Assembly (NCBI GenBank): GCA_904063045.1
Contig: CAJFCJ010000007.1
Span: 154,109-218,108, forward strand
DNA from: Dimorphilus gyrociliatus
Lineage: Eukaryota > Animalia > Annelida
Length of the DNA stretch: 64,000 nt
Direction: 5' to 3'
Shown here: one piece after another, positions 52,086-60,968 of the stretch
Numbering within the stretch: position 1 is the first letter of the stretch
Layout: each line of letters opens with the position of its first letter
Made by a program: the position numbers and the translations under genes
Notes under the pieces: model-generated
Database searches by the model: none
What the model saw: the letters and a program-made list of their open reading frames with translations, nothing else
What the model was told of the DNA's origin: nothing

Positions 52086-53560
52086 CTAATCAGAGGCTTT
52101 TAAAAATTTGAGTCTATTTGGTCTGGTTAGTTTTTTATAGGGTGCGTCTGGCGGTGACGGAATAAGAATCTTATCTTTTGAATTGACTGATATATACATA
52201 TCCTTTTTCTTAGGTTGTAATACTTCTGGCTTTTTTAAGTGAGTTTGATCGTCCTCTGAAATTGAATTGAGGGAGTTTTTTATCCTTTTCTTTCGTCTGA
52301 GGAGGTTACTATTTATTAAATTGTAATTATCCTTTGCTAATTTATCAACAGGCGGTTCGGGTAGATCTTCCGCTATGCTGTCCAAATTACCAGGCGGTAG
52401 GAGTAATTTTTTTCGGGTTTGTTTCTGGAAGCTTTTTAGTGTTTGTAATGCCTCTTGAAGTAAACGTTTTGTTTCTACCTGACGTTCGTCACGATCGTTA
52501 TTCGAAGACGAAGGTTCACTGAATCCGCTGGAATCACTTCCGCTTCTCTCTTCCTTTTCTTTTTCTTTCTCTTTTTCTGATTTGTCAGACATAATTAAAT
52601 GCCTCTCCCTCCTTAACATTTTTCTATAACGAATCATTTCGTGAAGGTCTGCAGCACTAGCAAATTTCACTTTATATTCCTTTTTATCAGGTCCAATGTA
52701 CGATTTTTCAGCAGAGTACGATTTCGATCTTAACCACATATCTACGTCTAAGGGGGGATCATCTAAAAGCTTGGGCTGCTTCTGCCTTTCGCGCCTTAAT
52801 TTTCTCTCTTCGTTTATCAACTCCCTATCCTCTTTTGATTTAACAGTCTCCCGACTGATTATTTCTGGCTTATTAGTCTGAGATAAGTACGATCCTCTTA
52901 AAGTCCCTTTCCTTAATAAATTCTTTCCATCGTTGTTTAATTCTTCCTCTTCTTTTCTCGGTTTTTCCTTCTCTTTATCGACAATAACATACTTTTCAAC
53001 ACGATTATCGAAGGTAACTGTCTTTTTTAAAGGCTTTAACATCTTATTTCGAGCGTCTTTTTCGGCTTTTAAAGCCAGAGCAGCATCCTGTTCATTCTGA
53101 AGTATATATTTTGCTGAATATTCTAATAACTTTTTTTCCCTGTCCTCCGCCTTAATAGAAGGTAATTTTCTCTGCTTGGGGGAATATACTTTTCGTGCGT
53201 TTATGTGTAACGGTAACTGAATTGTTGGAGGCTGTTTTAAATATTAACAATTACCGTTTGTAGCGTTAACAAACACAATAAATAATTTTACAGTGATGAA
53301 CACATAATTGGATTAATTAATGTTTTTCGAACCTCGTTTAAATCGATTCCTTTCTTTTTTCTTAATTCCTTTAATTTTTTGGAGTAGGCCATCATCGATT
53401 CGTTTGCCTGAGTTTGTTGCTCCTTTAAACTAGCGACGCTCAATTTAATCTCGTTTTCAAATTTCTTGACTTTCTTCTCGTAATCATTATGTAGTTTTAA
53501 TGGAACAATGGTTTGATTCGATAGAATCATCGATCCTTTCAAGTAACCAGAGCTTGTCAT
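52086..53560 (-). CDS. Uncharacterised Lys/Glu/Arg-rich coiled-coil protein, about 457 aa, 2 coding exons
   Basis: Exon 53560-53333 (MTSSGYLKG...YEKKVKKFENEIKLSVASLKEQQ...IDLNE), a 101-bp GT-AG intron, and exon 53231-52086, which extends the listed 318-aa ORF upstream in frame. The start codon is uncertain; an upstream exon at 53691-53632 is possible. Confidence 0.8.
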
Positions 53561-53939
53561 AATTAGTATATGAAATTTCACATTTATCGATCATTCGACG
53601 CTGGCCGGACGCTTTGTAGTAGGACCGTCTTACCCTTTCAATAGAAATGTCTACTATTACGATTCGTCCATTTACATAACAGCTTATAACTGTCTGTAAA
53701 GTAAATAAAGTAGAAAAGTAATTTTTTCCTGTAAAGACAGTGGACAGTAACTAAAGAAATAAACACCCCCCCAACCAGAGTCAGCGAACTGGATTAAGTT
53801 ATAAAGAAACCGTCTTGAATAGAGGCTATTGTTATTTTTACAGGATTTATCTAAGGAGAGAAAGAGAGAAAAAGAGATATATAGACAGACATAGAGAATG
53901 ACACATAGGTTGATTGAGAGTGTGTATAGGTGAGCCAAC

Positions 53940-53942
<3 letters not shown>

Positions 53943-53990
<48 letters not shown>
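53943..53990. repeat. (AG)24 microsatellite
   Basis: Read directly; it lies just upstream of the coiled-coil gene. Confidence 0.95.
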
Positions 53991-53995
<5 letters not shown>

Positions 53996-55081
53996 AAAGA
54001 GAGAAAAACGAAAGAAAAGAAGGGAGGGATATAAGGTAAATAAATTGATTTATTCTATAACAAAATTCATAATCAATTTTTCATAGACAGAAACTCTCTC
54101 ACGTAGCTAGTTAAAAGAGATTTTATTATATCTTCAGTATTTAATATTTTATAATAATAAAATAATATTTAACTAGGAATAATAGAGATAAGCACTAAAA
54201 GGAGCACTACAATCCATTTAGTAGTAATAAAAAAAACGATATAAATGGTAAGAACGAAATATTAGTAAATTAATACTTACAAACTTTCAACTCCTTTACA
54301 AACTACTAACTAAATGAGTCGCGAATAGTCAAACAAAACAGCGGATCTTCATCGGAAATCAATTTCTACTCGTTCCAGATAAAAATCACTCTAATTGTTT
54401 TTCGTCAAAGTCACGTTTGTCGTACAAACATCGATCGGAAGTGTTTGAATGGAAAATAAAAGGGAGCCGCCTTCATATTTTACAACCTTTTAGAATTATA
54501 AAAAATATAAGGGAAAAGGACTTTAAAAGAGAATAGATATAATGAAAAGAGTATATTTTCAGCCTATAAAACTTAATTACGATTTTACCCTTTTATAAAA
54601 AGATATCGATAAATTATTAAAAAAGTTTTACAACGAAAATGAACTAGTCTTTTGTTTTCTTTTATGTATATTTTTAATTTCTATCCATTAAATTTCAGGT
54701 GTGTTTCTAGATTACATAATTGCATTTTTATTGAAACCCGATTAAGTAAAGAAACTAGTTTAAACGCTTCTTTTCTCTATATTTGAAAATGGTAAGAGAG
54801 TAGAATTGTAAATAGGAATAATGTAATTTTGTTTTCTATTCTTGTAACTAATAGTATTAAGGGATTTTACAAAAATAAATTTTCTCTTTAAAGACATACT
54901 GTTAAGGCTATTAAATACAATTGGATATCAATTTAAATACAGCATAGACTTTATATTAAGTATTCCCCACTATATACTTATATATATATATATATATATA
55001 TATTAATATAGTATAAATAATTACAATACCTACCTATTATATATTAATACTACTTTTTTCCAGTTGTTTGATTATATGTAG

Positions 55082-55091
55082 TAGATGGCGT
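55082..55091 (+). promoter_or_regulatory. CTCF/YY1-like motif (TAGATGGCGT)
   Basis: AGATGGCG core between the coiled-coil gene and the 3' end of SKOR. Confidence 0.35.
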
Positions 55092-56353
55092 AAGCTGTAC
55101 TCTCATTCGTTTTTGCTTACTCTACAAACTAACAAGTTTTTCAATTAGTTGTCTTTTTTTATTGTTATTGTCATTTTCTCTTGATGAATGTAAAGAATTA
55201 TTTTTCGCTTACCATTCACTTTTTTTCCGCTTATTATTCAATTCATTTAGATTTTTAATTTTCCTAGTGTAGTTTTACTATTCAAAATTGTTGCTACTAT
55301 TATTAGACAATATATTTATTGAATAAAATTCACTCAGCGACTGATGGTTAAACTTTACATAAAATATTCATTCTCTAAATAATAACGTACTATAGATGTA
55401 GATACATTATTACATGACTTGGCATTTCTTAACGGTTGAAGGAGTGTAAATACGCATGTATAATATAATTTATTCTTTATGTTGGTACACACCATAGCTT
55501 TTTATTGAGCTTCATTCAAGTACAGATATTATCAACAAGTGAAATCATAATTGAGCGATGATAGTGATAAAAAACATACCAATTATAAATGGCGTGACTC
55601 GAAATGACCTCAAACTGAATAGGACGCTTGAATGAACATACGTTCAGGTAACGCGGTCGGGCGATGCGTCGCGTCAAATGTTCAATCATTTGAAAAGCGT
55701 CTAATTTCGATTTATGAAAATTTCATTAGCTCTCCGGTCAAATTCTATCAATTTAGCTCAGCAATTGTTTCATTTTCACCCTTTTCGACCTTGCATCTTT
55801 TTGAAGTTGCGCATGTGCTTCTTTGAAATTAAAAAGGCGATATTTCAGCATTGAATTTCCAAATGCAGAAAAGCTGAAAAGTGTACCGCCCACGTTCTCT
55901 TTAAAGCAGGTGCAATTTTGGCTACTTCAAAGCGATTTAATAAAATTAGACGAAAATTTACAGCTATCATGTCCCTTAATCCTTCTGCAATAAAACGTCT
56001 CAATTAAAAAACGCTCTAATCAGTGCGGATTTTTTACAAGGGCAACCGTAATGCCTTTGGCTATTATTCTAAACAAAAAGACACTCGAAACTCATGATTG
56101 AACACCTCCTCATAATCGCTCATTTTCTCGCAGCTGCTCCCTTTGTACAAGAATCTATTTCCGTTCAAAAGCCGACCTTCACCTCCCACCTTCTATAAGA
56201 ATCCAATGAATTTACATAACACGTCCTCCTTTTTTTTCTATTTATTAGAAGATGGGCGGAGGAAAGATGAATTCAGATCGGGTTAAATGATAATAAATAC
56301 TGCAACACCCGCACACACGCTTCTGCACAATTAACATGCGCAGGTGTAAAATA

Positions 56354-56373
56354 TGACGTCACCACTGACGTCA
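56354..56373. promoter_or_regulatory. Tandem pair of perfect CRE palindromes (TGACGTCA-CCAC-TGACGTCA)
   Basis: The sequence is read directly. TGACGTCA is the established CREB/ATF site. Function is untested. Confidence 0.6.
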
Positions 56374-57021
56374 TCATTGCATAATTTACCATCTCGCAAC
56401 GTCTACATGAGAAATTTATTGTGGATGATAGAATTTTTTCAAGTCGAGTACTTATTCGCCTGTCTAGCATCAATTTACATGCTTTATTCAAAATTTGCTC
56501 GCTTACAAACTGTTTAATGACACGTTGACAAACTGCGTTCAATCTGTCGAATAAAAGAGTAATGAACTAAACAAAATTTTTACTTTACTACAACAAATCT
56601 AAACCTATTTCATAATAATAAATAATAAGTATAATGCTATTTAAAAATAGCATATTGCAAACATTATCTATAGGGCAGCATAAAGTAATAGTTATTAAGT
56701 GATGCGATAAAACTTTCTACTGCAAGTACAGCACATAACATATAAATTCTTATGTCTCTTTTTTTTGTCGTTTTTTTTGTGACATATATACTTAAAACAA
56801 GAAAATAGACAGGATACTGTAAACACTGAAGATGATAAGATATAGCATATTTTATATACCGAATATTGCATTAATTTATGTAATACATACTAAATATACA
56901 TTATATATAGTGTGTATATACATTTATATATTTCAATGTATATATTGTGTACATGTTATCGTATTTATATATTTATACGGTATATGCTTTAAGTATGCTT
57001 GTTAGAAGAATTACTAAAAGT

Positions 57022-59773
57022 TCAATGAGAAACATCCTCTTTCTTTTGTAAGATCTTGATTAATTCTGTTTGAAGCTGTTCTGTAAGAAAGGTTTTTGAC
57101 CAAATATTAATATATTTATAAAATACAGAAAATTTAATCTGACGCTTGGCACGTGTCAATTAAAAAGATGCCAGGCGGAAAAAAAGCAGGTCAAACTGTC
57201 CATCCCCCAGGCGAAACTTGTATGTTTTATTACCGAGCTGTCAATGTATTTATAAAGCGAAGTGTCGGGTCCTTTGAGATTTTACATCATTATTGTAATA
57301 ATTCCTTTATAAATATAACAGTTACTTTTTAGTTTTATTCGTTTAAATAAGAATAATAGCGGTTTTTTTTAATTATTTTAAGCTAAAATGTTTGTTTAAT
57401 AGATGTTTATTTTCGCTATTAATTAGGAAAATGGAGGATAAAACAGGACAGGGTTCACCAATTACATATATTTATTCTCATAGGACATTAGCTATTCGAA
57501 AAAAAATGATTAAAATTTGTAAATGACAGCTCACATATTAGCTTTATTATGCCCTTAGAGAACTATGGAACGTGACTGGGCAGCTCACTCACCTCTGGTC
57601 ATGTTGTATACAGCGTCTAAAGAGGAGTCACTTTTGTTCTTTTCCTGCAAAACAATTCATTATATAAGCTGGTTTTTCGAGTAGCCTCGGATAATCCCGA
57701 TTTAAAATAGAACGAAACTGGAGATCAAAGGCGGCTCTTCGTTATAAAGGTCATTTAAGGCAGATATTATATGTAAATCGTACTCGAAATTCGTTTGAAC
57801 TTTATAAAAATATTACAAACAAAGCTCGGCCGCTCGCCACTCTCTTTCCCTTTTATAATATTTATTATATATAATATTATACTATAAGCGTCAATTATGA
57901 TATTTTCATTTCAAACAAAAAGAATGTTTTGGTTGTTGAATTCTAATTACGATTTGAGAAGGTCATATCTCCAATGAGAGGATGACATTTAGAACAGACT
58001 GTCTTTGTTTTGAGTACATTTACTTGCTAATCACTTCGTGACTCTGTCTGCCAACGACAGATGTTTGTCTTGGCACTGGCAAACATTCATGTTTTCAATA
58101 CATTCATGTATTTTCATTAGTTGATTGAATACACTGGAATCGTAAATACTGCAAAATGCTGCGATGAATTGTCAATGCTCACTCGGCTATGACAAACCTC
58201 GATTGCTCGTTTTAATCGAGTTTGATCAAAACGTTTATCGCATTAAGTTCTCTTCCGCCCTCAAAATTTACCAATAAAGCTTAAATACATACAATAATAT
58301 ATTCATTCGAATCTTTCCGGAAAACAAATTATTGGCAATAAGGAAAAAAGAAACGCCTGAGGGCATGGAGTTGTATATGTTTACACTCTAGATTATATTA
58401 ACAGGTGGCTGTATACTACATGTCGATTAATTTCTTTTTTTTAACAAATTTGATCTAATAGCCGTATAAATATAATTAGAAATTAATTTGCGATTACTAT
58501 CGATTGATTTATTATTGATTAAGTAAATTACCTGTTCAGTTGTCTCCATTTTCGCGTCCAGGGGCGTCGAGGCGTCGACGTCGGTGACGTTTATGTCGTC
58601 CGGACTATCAGCTTCCCAGGGCACATCGTCCCTCGGCGTTGACGGCGTTGAACGCTCGTCCTTACAATTTTGATTGGCCTCTTTCTCTGCGGTTTGCCCC
58701 ATTTTGCTAAAATCAAATCTCTCCGATTGACCGAAGCTGAGATTTCTTGCCCATAAATAGCCTAAGGGGTTAATGTAAGGGGGCGGAGCTTTTTTATTCC
58801 AAAATTCCAAAGCGTTCGCCTTATTCTGGACGGGGACATCCGGCACTGGAGGTGAGAAAGGAAAGAAAGGAAATGCCGGATGAGGAGATCTCGGGACGTA
58901 CGGCGGATTGTTGAATGGCAAAACAGGGAGTCTCGTTGGCAAAGAAGGATTAGGCGTCATCATCTTGGGTCGCTTATAATTCTCCTCTTCCTGTTTAGGA
59001 GGCGATTTTGAAGGTGTTATTATCCTCTTTCGGGAGCCGCCATTGAACATTGCTTTAACATCCTCCCAAGCGTGAACAAGCTCTTCATGGGGTTCGGTAT
59101 AATCTAGGTGTAAGTGCCTTCTCCAAGAATTGAAATTAGCTGCATCTGGATGTTGATATTTGGCATTGGGAGTACGATGAAAATGGAAGATAAATTTGTT
59201 AGGCGAAAAGAAGAGATCGCAAAAAGAACAACGAATACATTTCGCTCTGGAACTATTATAACGTGAGGGTACAAACTGACCCTTACAACCCCAGCCACAT
59301 TCGTGATAGACGTTAAAGGCAAAATTATCGGGCAACTTAGGAGGTGATATCTCTTCTAGAAACGACGTTACCAAGCGTTCGGCTTCTCTCTTCGTAATCA
59401 TACCACAACGGCGAGATGATATTGGCATAGCTCCAGCCCTCCTTAATATTTCTAATTGTACTGCTCATTTAAAAGAGTCAAATTCAATATTTAATTAATT
59501 AAATATTGTATTTAAATTACCTGGCGTGCATTGGACACAAGTTATACCAAGGGCAACTCTTCGATTATGAATTTCGTTATATGAATAATTTTTTAACAAG
59601 GAATTTGATATCTGAGCCAAGCATAGACGTTCTTTTCCATCAATAAACAAACTTACAATAGGCACCCCGTGTAGAATAACAGTGCCAACTGTATTTTGTC
59701 TCGGATCAAAATCATTAATATCCGATGTTGTTGGAGGAAAAGAACCAGGTAACAAAGCTGTTGTATTATCCAT
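57022..59773 (-). CDS. SKOR: SKI family transcriptional co-repressor (SKOR/Fussel/CORL), about 430 aa
   Basis: Exons 59773-59521 and 59460-58532 (60-bp intron) give the SKOR-diagnostic PIVSLFIDGKERLCLAQISNSLLKNYSYNEIHNRRVALGITCVQCTPVQLEILRRAGAMPISSRRCGMITKREAERL, the SAND-like HECGWGC...KCIRC...FSPNKFIFH, and PDAANFNSWRRHL. Exons 57644-57593 and 57080-57022 (DAVYNMTREQLQTELIKIL...) are phase-compatible but less certain. Confidence 0.95.
58063..58197 (+). ncRNA. Candidate Mir-96/183/263 family microRNA in an extended hairpin, antisense within SKOR intron 2
   Basis: CTTGGCACTGGCAAACATTCAT (58069-58090) shares its first 11 nt and a 3' ATTCA with miR-263b (CUUGGCACUGGGAGAAUUCAC, from memory). 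A partial complement lies at 58164-58182, and GTTTGTC/GACAAAC forms a basal stem. The loop would be atypically long. Confidence 0.35.
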
Positions 59774-60018
59774 TCTTTAATTTCTTTTTTTCTATCTTTA
59801 CCTTTTCTCTCTATCTTTTTTTCTTTTCCTATTATATATTTAAATATATTAAATATGTAATACTCTATCTGAGAATTTTTCCTTGCTCTATTTGCTTTTT
59901 TCTCTCTCTCTCTCTCTCTCTCTCCCTGCCTCTGTCTGTCTGTCTGTCTAGTTATCTTTCTTTCTTTCTTTTTCTATCTCTCTCTTTCTTCTCTCTTTTA
60001 TATTTGATTCGTATACTG

Positions 60019-60052
<34 letters not shown>

Positions 60053-60803
60053 CACTCTTTCTAATTTATTTTCAAAAACCTATAAATAAAAAAGAGAAAA
60101 AAAACTTGGATGTAAATTCGATGAAATTACCCGAATATGTACTCGAAAAAATTCAATCAACGACTTCCATTGACCTACGAAACGACGCGTTCACGAATAT
60201 GCGATTACGAATCGAGCAAGTAATAAATAGGATAATTCACTAACAAATTGCGAGAAAATGTTCAACCGACTGGAAGAAGAGCAAGCTGACGCGCAGCTGA
60301 GGTTCGCGAAGCTTTCAAATATTATATAAAATTCTAATATGTTTTATAAACATCATTTATACATAAGACAATTTATAAAATTTCTACAAATATCTGTTTC
60401 TTTTATAAACAAATCTTATAAATACTTGATAGAAATTACTTCTTGATTTATTAAGGTAATTTCTAGGAAAATTAAAAAAAATAAATATATCACCACCGGA
60501 GGGAAGTAACATATATAACGTCATATATAACAATTAAAATATTTTGTTTAGCCTGTTAGATCTTGAAGATATTGACGATTTATCGAAATTTGTGCCTACT
60601 TTTAGCTGCGACCTTTCAAAAAAATTAATGTAAAAAACTTGCTTTATCTTTCTTATTTGAAAACAAAATAAGTCTATTTAAAATTGTCGATAAATTAGTA
60701 AATATAAATGTTTTTATATATATTAATAGATTAGTTAAAATAATAAGGAAAGTAAGTTAAAGTCATACATACCTCTAATTACTAAACTTTAAGTTTCGAA
60801 CTC

Positions 60804-60968
60804 GGGCGGAAAGCCAATGGACGATCAAAGGAAACGTTTACCAATGATGTTGATTGAATGTAACAACACAAGACATATGCAGCCCAGCAGGACATTCTCT
60901 CTTGCCTTGCCCTTGTTTGTACTGGGTGCTGATTGGTCAACTTCCACAAGGGGCGAGAGCTGATTGGT
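60804..60968. promoter_or_regulatory. NF-Y/Sp-type promoter cluster about 1.1 kb upstream of SKOR
   Basis: GC boxes at 60804 and 60950, CCAAT at 60814 and 60841, and two copies of GCTGATTGGT (optimal ACCAATCAGC on the minus strand) at 60928 and 60959, 31 bp apart. Confidence 0.6.

Noticed and set aside
30335-59322. ORFs antisense to real genes (30335-30583, 39479-39778, 49817-50107, 52334-52522, 52696-52881, 59104-59322)
   Set aside because: They are shadow frames of well-supported coding exons on the opposite strand.
60121-60329. Possible 57-aa spliced mini-gene divergent from SKOR (35-nt intron containing CACTAAC)
   Set aside because: The intron is shorter than any confirmed here and ends in a rare GAG acceptor without a pyrimidine tract. 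The region is more simply SKOR 5' UTR or promoter.
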